This document shows positions 9,577-19,697 of a stretch of 64,000 bases of DNA, piece by piece. The first letter of the stretch is position 1; the number at the start of each line of letters is the position of its first letter. This DNA is from Candidatus Poribacteria bacterium. GTDB lineage: Bacteria > Poribacteria > WGA-4E > GCA-2687025. The position numbers were made by a program, and so were the translations under genes. The stretch lies in assembly GCA_963665845.2 (NCBI GenBank), contig OY762492.1, positions 3,328,001-3,392,000 of the forward strand. Direction: 5' to 3'. The notes below the pieces were generated by a model, which saw nothing but the letters and a program-made list of their open reading frames with translations, ran no database searches and was not told where the DNA came from.

Positions 9577-11409
9577 TTACACTTTCGACCGCTTCCGAAA
9601 CCGCTTGTAAATCAACTGGGCGACAGGGCGCGTCATGCTCGGAACGGCGAGTAGATCGTCCAGCGACGCCTCCTGTATCGCGCTCACATCGCCAAACCGC
9701 TCCAGCAGCGCCTGTTTGCGCCGTTTTCCAACCTGCGGTATATCGTCCAAAATCGAATGCGTCAGCTGGCGGCTGCGGAGACGGCGCAGATAGGAAACGG
9801 CAAACCGGTGCGCCTCGTCCCGCAGATGTTGAATCAGATGCAGCGCCGGCTGGTCTTTTCGAAGGCGCATCGGCTCCGAACCGCCCGGCAGATAGATATG
9901 CTCAAAACGCTTGGCGAGACCCAGACGCGGCTGCTGCGGATAATCGACCTCCGTCAGCGCCTCCTCCGCCGCTTTCAGCTGACCCATCCCGCCGTCGATC
10001 AGGATCAGATTCGGCATCGCGGAGCCTTCCTGGATCGCCCTAGAGAAACGGCGGTAGATCAGCTGCTTCATCGCGGCGTAATCGTCCTGCCGCTCCGCGT
10101 CCCGTATTCTGTAGCGGCGGTATTCGGAGCGGGCGGGCTTCCCGTCCTCAAACACCACCATGGAGCCGACGACGATCTCGCCGCCCGCGTTGGAGATGTC
10201 GAACCCCTCAATGCGGCGCGGAAGCCTGTCTAGGTTCAACGTCTCCATGAGCTGCTTCAGCCCAGGATGCTCGTCGGAGCTGCCGACCACATGCGCCGCC
10301 CGCTGGGCGAGAGCCGTCTCAGCGTTTTTCGCCGCCAGCATTGTCATGTCGCGCCGCCGCCCGCGCGTCGGGGCGTAGAGACGCGCCTTGGCGCCGCGCT
10401 TTTGTTCAAGCCATGTCTGCGTCAGGTCGGACATTTCGATCTCTGTTTGAAGGGCGACCGCCGGCGGCACGTAGGACGCCTCAGCGTAATACTGCGGCAC
10501 AAATGCGGAGAGGACGCGCTCCGGCGTTTCGCCTTCCACGTCTGTCAGAAAAAACTGCTCCCGTTCAATCAGCTTGCCGCCGCGCACCATGAGAACCTGC
10601 GCGCATGCCATCGTTTCCAAGACGGCGCATCCGATCGCGTCATACGATTCGCCCGACGAGGATTCGACCTGCTGCCGTTCCGACAGCTGCTCAATTTCGC
10701 GTATTCGGTCGCGCAGGCGCGCCGCTTTTTCAAAATTCAGCTCCTTGGACGCCGCCGCCATTTCGACGCGCAGCTCCTCAATGAACGACGCCGTTTTGCC
10801 GCTCAAGAACATCAACGCGCCGCGCACAATCTCCGCATACTCCTCCGTGGAGATATGGTCGGCGCACGGGCCGGGGCATTTGCCGATATGGTAGTCGAGG
10901 CAGACGCGGTGGCGGTTGCCGCTCTTTTTGAGGTCCAGCGAGCAGGTGCGCACCGGGAAAAGCGTCGTCAGCCGCTTCAAAGAGCCGCGCACGGCGCGCG
11001 ACTGCGCAAACGGGCCAAAGTAGCGGTTGCCGTCCTGTTTCGCCTCGCGCGTGACCGAAAGGGCGGGAAACGGCTCCTTCGTGGAAACGCGCACATACGG
11101 ATACCGCTTATCGTCCTTCAGCTTGATGTTGTACCTGGGCAGGAGCTGCTTGATCAGGTTGTTTTCTAAAATCAGCGCGTCAACGGCGCTGTTGGCGCTG
11201 ATCGTTTCTATCGATTCCACGCGCGGAATGAGCGCCGCAATGGTGGACGATCTCGGTCCGGACGCCGGTTGAAAATAGGAACGCACGCGCGCTTTGAGCG
11301 ACGCCGCTTTGCCGATATACAGCGCCTCGCCGCCCCTGCCTTTCATGATATAAACGCCCGGCGTTGTCGGAAGGGCGTCTAAGGTGTCGCGTAAACGCTC
11401 CGCCTGCAT
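9577..11409 (-). CDS. uvrC: Excinuclease ABC subunit C
   Basis: GIY-YIG N-terminus (PGVYIM..YIGKA..LK.RV.SYF), UVR domain (FEKAARLRD), RIEGFDISN, LIDGG.GQ, RDEAHRFA, C-terminal HhH. Confidence 0.97.
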   Translation of the reverse strand: MQAERLRDTLDALPTTPGVYIMKGRGGEALYIGKAASLKARVRSYFQPASGPRSSTIAALIPRVESIETISANSAVDALILENNLIKQLLPRYNIKLKDDKRYPYVRVSTKEPFPALSVTREAKQDGNRYFGPFAQSRAVRGSLKRLTTLFPVRTCSLDLKKSGNRHRVCLDYHIGKCPGPCADHISTEEYAEIVRGALMFLSGKTASFIEELRVEMAAASKELNFEKAARLRDRIREIEQLSERQQVESSSGESYDAIGCAVLETMACAQVLMVRGGKLIEREQFFLTDVEGETPERVLSAFVPQYYAEASYVPPAVALQTEIEMSDLTQTWLEQKRGAKARLYAPTRGRRRDMTMLAAKNAETALAQRAAHVVGSSDEHPGLKQLMETLNLDRLPRRIEGFDISNAGGEIVVGSMVVFEDGKPARSEYRRYRIRDAERQDDYAAMKQLIYRRFSRAIQEGSAMPNLILIDGGMGQLKAAEEALTEVDYPQQPRLGLAKRFEHIYLPGGSEPMRLRKDQPALHLIQHLRDEAHRFAVSYLRRLRSRQLTHSILDDIPQVGKRRKQALLERFGDVSAIQEASLDDLLAVPSMTRPVAQLIYKRFRKRSKV

Positions 11410-11440
11410 AGATAGGGACTCCAGCGCCGCGCGGAAGGAA

Positions 11441-11514
11441 TGGTTGCCGGGGAAGGATTCGAACCCTCGTAACTTGGTCCAGAGCCAAGCGTCCTGCCGC
11501 TAGACGACCCGGCA
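11441..11514 (-). tRNA. tRNA-Gln(CTG)
   Basis: Minus-strand TGCCGGG...GGTTCGAATCC...CCCGGCAACCA cloverleaf, anticodon CTG, encoded CCA. Confidence 0.93.
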
Positions 11515-11636
11515 ACGTAACGAAATCATACCATGCCAGGTCTCCGTCTGCAACTAAAACGCTGTCGACCGAAACGCTTTCTGGCGCCTTTTTCTGATGG
11601 GAATGGGCTGAATCGGTTCAAAAAACGCATTTTAGG

Positions 11637-11665
11637 TTGACATCAACCCGCCCCCCTGTTATGAT
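11637..11665 (+). promoter_or_regulatory. Sigma70 promoter of the tRNA-Leu/fMet pair
   Basis: TTGACA-17-TATGAT about 27 nt upstream of tRNA-Leu. Confidence 0.75.
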
Positions 11666-11691
11666 AATAATGCGGAAGCGACGGACCGAAA

Positions 11692-11778
11692 GGGCGAGTG
11701 GTGGAACCGGTAGACACGACGGACTTAAAATCCGTCGCCCGCGAGGGCGTGAGGGTTCAAGTCCCTCCTTGCCCACCA
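11692..11778 (+). tRNA. tRNA-Leu(TAA)
   Basis: 87 nt with long variable arm; anticodon arm GACGGA-CTTAAAA-TCCGTC; GGTTCAAGTCC; CCA end. Confidence 0.95.
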
Positions 11779-11788
11779 GATAATTTGA

Positions 11789-11865
11789 CGCGGGGTGGAG
11801 CAGTCTGGCAGCTCGGTGGGCTCATAACCCACAGGTCGCAGGTTCAAATCCTGCCCCCGCTACCA
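11789..11865 (+). tRNA. Initiator tRNA-fMet(CAT)
   Basis: CGCGGGG start with mismatched 1:72 pair, three G-C pairs in the anticodon stem (GGG-CTCATAA-CCC), CCA end. Confidence 0.95.
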
Positions 11866-11868
11866 TTT

Positions 11869-11906
11869 AAAATCCAGCGGGAACATACAACCCGCTGGAT
11901 TTTTTT
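11869..11906 (+). terminator. Rho-independent terminator after the tRNAs
   Basis: AAAATCCAGCGGG-loop-CCCGCTGGATTTTTTT. Confidence 0.85.
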
Positions 11907-11936
11907 ATACGAACCCCGCAGCGAACGGAGAGCCGC

Positions 11937-12527
11937 GTGGACAACAGAACGCGCCAAGCGTTGAACGCCATTGACGACGCGAACCGAAACGATCCGCGCG
12001 TTTGGACATACGGCGCGGAAGGCGAACCGGAACCGTATGAGCTGGTCTATTCTCAAAAGCTGTATGTTTGGGTGAAGGCGCTTTGCCCCGACCCGTCCGA
12101 AGAGCTGATTCTCGCGGCGCGGGGGCTGCATATTGAACGTTGGAAAATTCCGCGCAGCGACTACCCGATGACGCGCAAAAGTTACCATGACTGGCGCGAC
12201 GCGCTGCGGACGCTGCATGCGGACAGAGCAGGCGAGATCATGCGCGAAGCGGGCTATGAGGCGGCGGCAATTCAACGGACGCAGGAGCTGATTTTAAGGT
12301 CAACCTATCCGGACGATCCGGAAAGCCGCGTCATTGAGGATGCCGTATCGCTGCTTTTTTTGGAGACGCAGTTTACGGAATTGGCGGAAAAAACAGAGCG
12401 CAAAAAGATGGTACGCATCCTGCGCCGCGTTTGGCCGAAGATGACCGTCAAGGCGCAGGAGGCGGCGCTCCAACTGAACTACACCGATTTTGAAAAAACT
12501 CTGCTGGAGGAAGCTCTCGGCTCTTAG
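11937..12527 (+). CDS. DUF4202-family protein
   Basis: AIDDANRNDP, PYELVYS, HIERW.IPRSDYP, H..RAG.IM...GY, IEDAV.L.FLE and W.KM motifs. Confidence 0.8.
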   Translation: MDNRTRQALNAIDDANRNDPRVWTYGAEGEPEPYELVYSQKLYVWVKALCPDPSEELILAARGLHIERWKIPRSDYPMTRKSYHDWRDALRTLHADRAGEIMREAGYEAAAIQRTQELILRSTYPDDPESRVIEDAVSLLFLETQFTELAEKTERKKMVRILRRVWPKMTVKAQEAALQLNYTDFEKTLLEEALGS

Positions 12528-12531
12528 AGAG

Positions 12532-12663
12532 CTATTCCGCCGACGCTTCGCTTGTCTGTTGGCGGCGTTTGGCGATTTCTAGTTTCTTTCGTTTGGCGCG
12601 CCGTTTTTGCTGTTGCCGTATCAGCGTTCGGCGCCGCTTTTTTCCGCTCTTGCTTCTTGCCAT
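12532..12663 (-). CDS. Small highly basic protein (43 aa)
   Basis: AAAGGAG RBS 5 nt before ATG; MARSKSGKKRRRTLIRQQQKRRAKRKKLEIAKRRQQTSEASAE*; below the ORF-track cutoff. Confidence 0.7.
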   Translation of the reverse strand: MARSKSGKKRRRTLIRQQQKRRAKRKKLEIAKRRQQTSEASAE

Positions 12664-12734
12664 GTTGACTCCTTTCGAAGCGCGTTTCATTAATAATGCC
12701 CTGTTCTCGGCTCGGCGTCAAGCGGCTTTGCTTT

Positions 12735-12890
12735 CCGACCTTACCCTGAGAGTTGGGACAACGCTGAATATGAACGCGAACGTCGTCTGCGGCGCCTCTG
12801 GATTCCCGCTTGCGCGGGGGCAGGCTGTAAGGGCGCAGGTTTCTAGACTCCCCCTTGAAAAGGGGGGCTGGGGGGTTTTTAGTTGCGCAT
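12735..12890. repeat. Left half of a MITE-A copy fused to a CCCCCTTGAAAAGGGGG palindrome module
   Basis: CCGACCTTACCCTGAGAGTTGGGACA TIR, then GGCGCCTCTGGATTCCCGCTTGCGCGGG, then TAGACTCCCCCTTGAAAAGGGGGGCTGGGGGG. Confidence 0.65.
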
Positions 12891-13020
12891 GGAATGACGA
12901 CGGACGAAGCGTTTGAAATGGCCGGCCGCGCCCAACGCAGGGGGGGCAAGCAACCCCCCCATAGCGCGCATGCAGTGAGTAGATAAGCGGACGGGGGCGT
13001 CCGCCGGACCCGCGCAGCCA

Positions 13021-13395
<375 letters not shown>

Positions 13396-13441
13396 TCAGG
13401 CGGACGCGCCGCGGCGCGCCCGCCCGACAGCAGGTTGAAAC

Positions 13442-14860
13442 TCAAATGTCATGGTACAGGTAAAACTCGTGCGGATGCGGACGCAAACGAACCGCGTCCA
13501 CCTCTGAATCGCGCTTGTACTCGATGTACTTCTCGATCAGGTCGGGCGTGAACACATCGCCCTCCAGCAAGAAGTCATGGTCAGCCTCCAGCGCGTCCAG
13601 CACCTTGTCAAGAGAATCCGGAACATGCTCAAGAGCGGCCGCTTCCTCCGGCTCAAGGTCGTACAGATCCTTGTCCATCGGCTCGCCGGGGTCGATGCGG
13701 TTCCGCACGCCGTCCAGCCCCGCCATCAACATCGCCGCGAACGCAAGGTACGGGTTGCAGGACGGATCCGGCGTCCGAAGCTCAACGCGCGTCGCCTTCT
13801 CCGTCTTGGAATAGACGGGGATGCGGATGCAAGCGCTGCGGTTGCGCTGCGAGTACGCCAGACTCACCGGCGCCTCAAACCCAGGAACGAGACGCTTGTA
13901 CGAGTTGGTCGTCGGCGCAATCAACGCGCACAGCGCCGGCAGATGGCGCAGCAGACCGCCGATGTAATGCAGAGCCGTCTCGCTCAGGTTCGCGTAGCTG
14001 GAACCCGCGTCGTAGAACACGTTCTCGCCGTCTTTCCAGACGCTCTGATGGACGTGCATTCCAGAGCCGTTGTCCTCGAAGATCGGCTTCGGCATGAAGG
14101 TGGCGACCTTGCCGTGGTCGCGCGCGACCGTCTTGACGATGTACTTGAAGAGCATCACCTTGTCGGCGGCGGCGATCATCTCGTCGAACCGAATGTCGAT
14201 CTCGCACTGACCGCCCTGCGCCACCTCATGATGATGCAGCTCCACGTCAATGTTGGACTCCATCATCTTCAACGCCATCTGCGAGCGCACATCTTGCAGC
14301 GTGTCGGACGGCGGGACGGGGAAGTACCCCTCCTTCGGCCGCGGTTTGTAGCCGAGGTTCGGGTCTTCTTCGCGCCCCGAGTTCCAGTTGCCTTCAACGG
14401 AGTCGACCGTGTAATGGGCGAAGTTGGTTCCGCCGCCGTACCGGATTTCGTCAAAGACGAAGAACTCGGCTTCCGGTCCGAAGTAGGCGGTGTCGCCGAT
14501 GCCGGTGTCGGAGAGGTAGTTCACCGCTTTCTGGGCGATGTAGCGCACATCGCGCGAGTAACTCTCCAGCGTCACCGGGTCTTTGATGTTGCAGACCATG
14601 CTCATCGTCGGAATTTTGCATGCCGGGTCGATGATCGCGGTCGATGGGTCGGGTATCAGGAGCATGTCGCTTTCGTGAATGTCCTGAAACCCGCGGATGC
14701 TGGATCCGTCAAATCCAGAGCCGTCTTCAAACAGGTCCTCCGTCAGCTCCTTAACAGGAATGCTGAAGTGCTGGAACATTCCAGGCAGGTCGGTGAACTT
14801 CAGGTCCACGAACAGAATGTTCTTGGCTTTCGCAAACTCAATGACGTCTTGAACGGTCAT
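13442..14860 (-). CDS. glnA: Glutamine synthetase type I (GSI-beta)
   Basis: [48 protein letters not shown], adenylylation-type DLYDL. Confidence 0.98.
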   Translation of the reverse strand: MTVQDVIEFAKAKNILFVDLKFTDLPGMFQHFSIPVKELTEDLFEDGSGFDGSSIRGFQDIHESDMLLIPDPSTAIIDPACKIPTMSMVCNIKDPVTLESYSRDVRYIAQKAVNYLSDTGIGDTAYFGPEAEFFVFDEIRYGGGTNFAHYTVDSVEGNWNSGREEDPNLGYKPRPKEGYFPVPPSDTLQDVRSQMALKMMESNIDVELHHHEVAQGGQCEIDIRFDEMIAAADKVMLFKYIVKTVARDHGKVATFMPKPIFEDNGSGMHVHQSVWKDGENVFYDAGSSYANLSETALHYIGGLLRHLPALCALIAPTTNSYKRLVPGFEAPVSLAYSQRNRSACIRIPVYSKTEKATRVELRTPDPSCNPYLAFAAMLMAGLDGVRNRIDPGEPMDKDLYDLEPEEAAALEHVPDSLDKVLDALEADHDFLLEGDVFTPDLIEKYIEYKRDSEVDAVRLRPHPHEFYLYHDI

Positions 14861-14912
14861 TTATGTATCCTCCAACAAGTTTTGTGCGTTGACACGCATT
14901 TGCCGACATTCA

Positions 14913-14928
14913 AGCAATTCGCGTGCCA
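14913..14928 (-). promoter_or_regulatory. Sigma-54 (-24/-12) promoter of glnA-glnB
   Basis: Minus-strand TGGCACGCGAATTGCT matches TGGCAC-N5-TTGC; about 52 nt upstream of the glnA ATG. Confidence 0.85.
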
Positions 14929-15123
14929 GTTGCCGCCGGCGCCGGGCGCTGTTACCGTCCGCTTTAGGCGCAGCATACGCCTTCAGCGCCGCATAAGGCG
15001 CCTCTTTTTTTTGCATGCCAGCGCTCTATTGTTCAGCGCTTTGGCGCGTATGTCAAGAGCCGCATAAAAACGACCTTACCCAACAGGCGACCGCATTCAT
15101 TTCCGCGACGGCCGATTCATGCT

Positions 15124-15220
15124 GTCATTCCCGCGTAAGCGGGAATCTTAAGGCGTCCGCAGCCGCCGCGCCCGCGCTTTAAACCCCTAGCCTCCTTTCA
15201 AGGGGAATCGACGCGGCGCG
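15124..15220. repeat. MITE-B internal fragment (both hairpin modules)
   Basis: GTCATTCCCGCGTAAGCGGGAATCTTAAGGCG...TTTAAACCCCTAGCCTCCTTTCAAGGGGAATCG; colinear with the reverse complement of about 47820..47920. Confidence 0.7.
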
Positions 15221-15224
15221 TATG

Positions 15225-17672
15225 TCAAGAGCCGCGCAAAAACCGCCTCGCAAAAAAATCGCGCTGACGCCGTTTTCCATACGGCGTACCCGCCGCCCCA
15301 TGACCCCCGCCAGGGATCACAAGCATTTCAAAATCCTTGTCCGCCTTGATGAGCGCGTCCACCACCTGCATCGTCGACGCAGGATCCACATTCCTGTCCA
15401 ACTCGCCGACGATCAACAGCAAATCGCCTTCAAGGCGGCGCGCCTGATCAACATTCGAGGAGGCCGCATAATGCTCCCCAATCGGATACCCCATCCATTG
15501 CTCGTTCCACCAGATCTTGTCCATGCGGTTGTCATGGCAGCCGCAGTCGGCGGAGGCGGCTTTGTAAAAGTCATGATGGGCGATGAGCGCGCGCATGGCA
15601 TTTTGTCCGCCGGCGGAGCCGCCGTAGATGCCGACGCGCGACAGGTCCATCCAAGGGCGCGTCTCCGCCGCCGCTTTGATCCATAAAATGCGGTCGGGAA
15701 AACCGGCGTCCCCCAAATTTTGCCAGCAAACATCATGGAACGCCTTTGAGCGGTGCGATGTCCCCATTCCATCGATCTGCACAAGAATAAAGCCGATTTC
15801 CGCCATCGTCTGCGGTCCATAATGATGCGCAAAACGTTTCGGCACATGCGCCGAATGCGGACCGGCGTAAATCATCTCAATGACAGGATAGCTTTTGGAC
15901 GAGTCAAAATCGGTCGGCTTGTATATGACGCCGTAGATGTCGGTCTTGCCGTCCCGCCCTTTTGCTGAAAAACGTTCTGGACGCTGCCAGCCCGCCTCCT
16001 CCAGCGCCGAAGCGTCCGCCGTCTCAAGCCGCGCCGCCAAACGCCCGTCCTCCACGCGCCGCAGCTCCGTCGCAGGCGGCATATCCACCCGCGAATACCG
16101 GTCGATCAGATAGTCTCCGTCCGGCGAATACTCGATCTCATGCGTCCCGTCCCCCTCGGTGAGCCGCGTTATCTCGCCGCTGTCCATATCGACTCGGCAA
16201 AAATGGACATGGTACGGGTCTTCGTCTGGGTTGATGCCGCCCGCTTGAAACCAGACCTGCCGCTTCTCCGCGTCCGCCGTCTTGACGCCGCGCACAACCC
16301 ATTCCCCTTTTGTCAGCTGCCGCTTGAGCCGCCCGCTGTCCAGATCAAACAGGTAAAGATGGCACCATCCGTCCCGCTCCGACATCCATACGACTTCGCG
16401 CGTCTCGTACAGCCGCCGGCAAAACGTCTTGGACGAGTAGCAGACGAACGTTTCCGGCGCTTCTTCGATGATCGTCCGCGCCTCTCCCGTCCGCGCGTCA
16501 ACGGCGATGAGGCGGTAGATCTGATGCCCCCGCTCATTGTATATAAACGTGAAGCGGGTCGAGTCGGGGTCCCATTCGATGTCTCTAAATGTTCCAAACG
16601 GGTTTGGAAACAGAGCGTCGGAAACGGCAATCTCCCGCCTGTTTTCAATGTCGAACAGGCGCAGGCGATGATGATGAAGCGGATCGCCCGGCTTCACATA
16701 ATCGAACGAATGCAGAACCGGCTGAAGCTGTTCCTTCGGAGACGATTCCACAAAATGAATCTTGCGGACCTCCGCCTTTTTTTCTTGAATCGCCAGCAGA
16801 CGCTTCGAGTCGGGCGACCAGATCAGCGGCGGCTGAAACGGATCGCTGTCGGTTCCCGCCGTTGTGAGCGGAAACTCCTCGCCCGTCTCGATCTTGACCA
16901 GCGCGATGTTATGCTTGCGCAGCTCGGCGCGCCAGACGCCGTCCGGCGATACAGGACCTTTAGGCTCTTCCTGTTTTTCTTGACGCGGTTTCTCTTGCTC
17001 TTCGCCATGCTTCCAGCTGCCGTCCACGACGGCGGTTCCATGCCGTTCCCGCGCCTCATAGACGCCGATTGTCCTGCCCTCCGCGTCCCGAACAAGCCAC
17101 ACATGCCCGGCGTAGGTGTGCTGTCGATGTTCCCCGCCGGGAGCTGCCGCCGCATAGAAGGTCGGGTTCTCGACATCGTTCACCCAGAAAATGCGTATTT
17201 CGCCGTCTGTTCTGTTGAGAAACAGAATCTCCGTCTCCGGTCCGTTGCGCCGCGCTGTCCGCGCGCTGGGGAGTATGTTGACGGTCGTCTTCTCCTCCTG
17301 CGGGGAAGGCTCCAGCTTTTCCAAAGCGGCGGGGTCAAGGTAGTATCGAAACCGATGCCCGCCCGCGTTGAACTCGATCTCGGTCATCGAGTCGGAATAC
17401 TCGATGCTTTGAAACGGCAGGCGGTCGGGGTCAATCTCTTTCTCTAAAGCGGCGGACAGGGAGGCTGCCAATTCCGCATGGTCAAACGCATGCCGCCGAT
17501 CCCCATGCTCAGGGTCGACAAAGATGAAGCGATGCCGCTCCGGTCCGACATTGACGCGGTACCAGAAAAACGGGCCGCCATGAATCCAGTTTGGGTCCAC
17601 CTTGTCCCTGAAAACTTTTCCAGCGAGGCGGCGCCCTAGGTTGTCGGCGCGTTCGTAGACTTCGCGGTTCAT
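15225..17672 (-). CDS. S9 (DPP-IV-like) peptidase with an inserted VHL-beta-like domain
   Basis: GIYGGSAGG nucleophile, GELDRNV (Asp), GGGHG (His); propeller motifs such as SERDGWCHLY; insert FLNRT..IRIFWV...QHTYAGHVWLVRD. Confidence 0.9.
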   Translation of the reverse strand: MNREVYERADNLGRRLAGKVFRDKVDPNWIHGGPFFWYRVNVGPERHRFIFVDPEHGDRRHAFDHAELAASLSAALEKEIDPDRLPFQSIEYSDSMTEIEFNAGGHRFRYYLDPAALEKLEPSPQEEKTTVNILPSARTARRNGPETEILFLNRTDGEIRIFWVNDVENPTFYAAAAPGGEHRQHTYAGHVWLVRDAEGRTIGVYEARERHGTAVVDGSWKHGEEQEKPRQEKQEEPKGPVSPDGVWRAELRKHNIALVKIETGEEFPLTTAGTDSDPFQPPLIWSPDSKRLLAIQEKKAEVRKIHFVESSPKEQLQPVLHSFDYVKPGDPLHHHRLRLFDIENRREIAVSDALFPNPFGTFRDIEWDPDSTRFTFIYNERGHQIYRLIAVDARTGEARTIIEEAPETFVCYSSKTFCRRLYETREVVWMSERDGWCHLYLFDLDSGRLKRQLTKGEWVVRGVKTADAEKRQVWFQAGGINPDEDPYHVHFCRVDMDSGEITRLTEGDGTHEIEYSPDGDYLIDRYSRVDMPPATELRRVEDGRLAARLETADASALEEAGWQRPERFSAKGRDGKTDIYGVIYKPTDFDSSKSYPVIEMIYAGPHSAHVPKRFAHHYGPQTMAEIGFILVQIDGMGTSHRSKAFHDVCWQNLGDAGFPDRILWIKAAAETRPWMDLSRVGIYGGSAGGQNAMRALIAHHDFYKAASADCGCHDNRMDKIWWNEQWMGYPIGEHYAASSNVDQARRLEGDLLLIVGELDRNVDPASTMQVVDALIKADKDFEMLVIPGGGHGAAGTPYGKRRQRDFFARRFLRGS

Positions 17673-19315
17673 CCGCTTTCTCCCTCGCCGGCGAAGTCGC
17701 GGTACGCCTCTTCCGCCGCCTCTTTCGAGAGAGCCTTGCCTCCGCTGACGATCCAGCGGTAACGCAGCGCCGCCGTTTCGCCTTTCGGTATCTCCAGCGT
17801 CGGAAAGGCGCCGAAGCGCCCGTAATCCCGATACGCCGAAAAGACGGTCCCGCGCGGATTGTCAGGGTGATTCAAAATGAGGACCGAATGGAGGGCGGCG
17901 CCTGTCGACAGGCGGAACGTTTCGGAAACCCAGGGCAGGTCCAGATCCTTCGTCGGATCAATTCCTTCCTCATGAAAAAGGTATTCCGTCTCGTCGGCGG
18001 CGATGTCGTCCGCCGGGCGGAACTGCGCGCCTGCATGTTCAGGGTCGCCCGACAACCGCGCGTCTCCGGCGGTCGGCGTCAGCTCGCTGCGCATCTCAAT
18101 GAGCGCATACGCCCCCGCGGACGGCGGCAAAAAGCGGTGCGTCCGCGCCTCCATCAGCAGCGTGTCGCCCTCGTTCGTCATCCACTCCACCTGCGAAGTG
18201 AACTCGGCGCCGTTCTCATCCGCATGCATGCGCGTAAAGCGGCGGTGAACCTGGACGCCCTCTTTCATGTGCCACAGGTCGCGCCGCGTCCCGTCGATTT
18301 CAAAATGGTTGTACCCGTGGAAGATGCCGCGGTGGTGCGTGAAAAGTCCGCCCGCGCCTTTGGTGATAAGCCGTCCGCCGTTTTTGCTGTAGACATGCAG
18401 AAACGGCTTGTAGGTGTCGTGTCGGCTCTCCGGCGCGGAGGGATCGTAGGCGTATTCGTAGCGCGCGAGCGGCTTTCCGCCGTATGCGATCTCCAGCTGA
18501 CAGCGTTCGTCGTTCGTTTCAAGGGTGTATTGCGGGGGCGTCAAATCGGCTCCTTTCTCTAAAAAGCCAAGCGATGTGAGAAAACGATCCGTCTCCAGCA
18601 GCGTCTCATAATAACATCGAGGGTCGGCGTCCGGTTTGAACTCCAGCGCGTTGAAGAACCCGTGCGGCTGTCCTTTGTATAAAAACAGCTCGCTGCGGGA
18701 GCCTGCGCCCCGCATTTTCTGTTGAAAGCGGCGCGCCGTTTCAACAGGTATCAGCCCGTCCTCTTCGCCCAGAAACACAACGGCGGGCGGCATGCCGCGC
18801 TCAATATGATGCATCGGCGAGATGTCGGCATATTTTCCGCCGCCGAAACCGCCCTGCCCATTGTCATAAACGGGGTTGAAGAGCAGCAGCGCGTTCGGGG
18901 CGGCGCTGACATTCAGGTCGTCCGTCTCTTCGTTCAGGTTATGGATCGCCGCGGTTGCCGCCGCGAGATGTCCGCCCGCGGAGCCGCCGCCCGCCGCGAT
19001 TCGGTCGGGGTCGATGCCGAGACGGTCGGCGTTGGCGCGCATCCAGCGCATGGCAGACTTCGCGTCCTTGACCGCTTCATAGGGGGTTGTTCCGTGTCGG
19101 CTTTTGACGCGGTATTCGGCGCAGGCGGCGAGCATGCCCCTTGAGGCGAGATAGCGCGCCTGCGGGGCGAATTGTTCGGGCGTCCCGCCGACCCATCCGC
19201 CGCCGAAAAAGAACACGGCCGCCGGGACAGGCGGCTTCTTGTCCGGTTTAAAAAGGTGGAGGGCGAGCTGAACATCGCCGACCGTTTTATAAATTTCGCG
19301 CTGCGCGTCGTTCAT
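17669..19315 (-). CDS. Alpha/beta hydrolase (esterase) fused to a C-terminal DUF6807/PmoA-like domain
   Basis: FFGGGW, GGSAGGHL, D.LIP, HGFF; C-terminal half has YKPFLH, HHRGIF, DHP-like NHP.NP and YGRFG motifs. Confidence 0.8.
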   Translation of the reverse strand: MNDAQREIYKTVGDVQLALHLFKPDKKPPVPAAVFFFGGGWVGGTPEQFAPQARYLASRGMLAACAEYRVKSRHGTTPYEAVKDAKSAMRWMRANADRLGIDPDRIAAGGGSAGGHLAAATAAIHNLNEETDDLNVSAAPNALLLFNPVYDNGQGGFGGGKYADISPMHHIERGMPPAVVFLGEEDGLIPVETARRFQQKMRGAGSRSELFLYKGQPHGFFNALEFKPDADPRCYYETLLETDRFLTSLGFLEKGADLTPPQYTLETNDERCQLEIAYGGKPLARYEYAYDPSAPESRHDTYKPFLHVYSKNGGRLITKGAGGLFTHHRGIFHGYNHFEIDGTRRDLWHMKEGVQVHRRFTRMHADENGAEFTSQVEWMTNEGDTLLMEARTHRFLPPSAGAYALIEMRSELTPTAGDARLSGDPEHAGAQFRPADDIAADETEYLFHEEGIDPTKDLDLPWVSETFRLSTGAALHSVLILNHPDNPRGTVFSAYRDYGRFGAFPTLEIPKGETAALRYRWIVSGGKALSKEAAEEAYRDFAGEGESG

Positions 19316-19417
19316 GGGCGTCTCCGTCTCTTTACGTTATGCATCGTACAAAGATATGCCGCCCGTGTCAAAAGCCCGCGCAGCGATGAACCCCATATTC
19401 GCTCCTTGTTCAAGGGT

Positions 19418-19608
19418 TCTAAGATTCCCGCTTACGCGGGAATGACAGCCTGGATTAGAGGAAGGACTCTAAGATTCCCGCTTACGCGGGAATGACAGCC
19501 TGGATTAGAGGAAGGACTCTAAGATTCCCGCTTACGCGGGAATGACAGCCTGGATTAGAGGAAGGACTCTAAGATTCCCGCTTACGCGGGAATGACAGCC
19601 TGGATTAG
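19418..19608. repeat. Perfect 50-bp tandem repeat (3.8 copies) carrying the ATTCCC-N8-GGGAAT hairpin
   Basis: Unit TCTAAGATTCCCGCTTACGCGGGAATGACAGCCTGGATTAGAGGAAGGAC at 19418, 19468, 19518 and 19568 (partial). Confidence 0.95.
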
Positions 19609-19609
19609 C

Positions 19610-19635
19610 TGTCCCAACTTAGGGCATGAGGTCAG
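19610..19635. mobile_element. Solo terminal inverted repeat of MITE-A
   Basis: TGTCCCAACTTAGGGCATGAGGTCAG directly after the tandem array. Confidence 0.7.
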
Positions 19636-19644
19636 GGGCGGCGC

Positions 19645-19673
19645 TTGACATGCGGCGCATCATATCGTATAAT
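19645..19673 (+). promoter_or_regulatory. Perfect-consensus sigma70 promoter
   Basis: TTGACA-17-TATAAT, followed by an AAGGAG RBS and ATG at 19698. Confidence 0.85.
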
Positions 19674-19697
19674 ACGTAACATGAGAAGGAGACACCA

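Noticed and set aside
11441-11906. tRNA-anchored genomic island or prophage
   Set aside because: No integrase, no duplicated tRNA 3' end noticed, and the flanks are housekeeping genes.
13577-15067. 496-aa plus-strand ORF
   Set aside because: Antisense shadow of glnA caused by codon bias; no motifs.
16140-17447. 435-aa plus-strand ORF
   Set aside because: Antisense to the S9 peptidase; no recognisable features.
19418-19608. CRISPR array
   Set aside because: The would-be spacers are identical, there are no cas genes, and the repeat core is a hairpin dispersed across the window.
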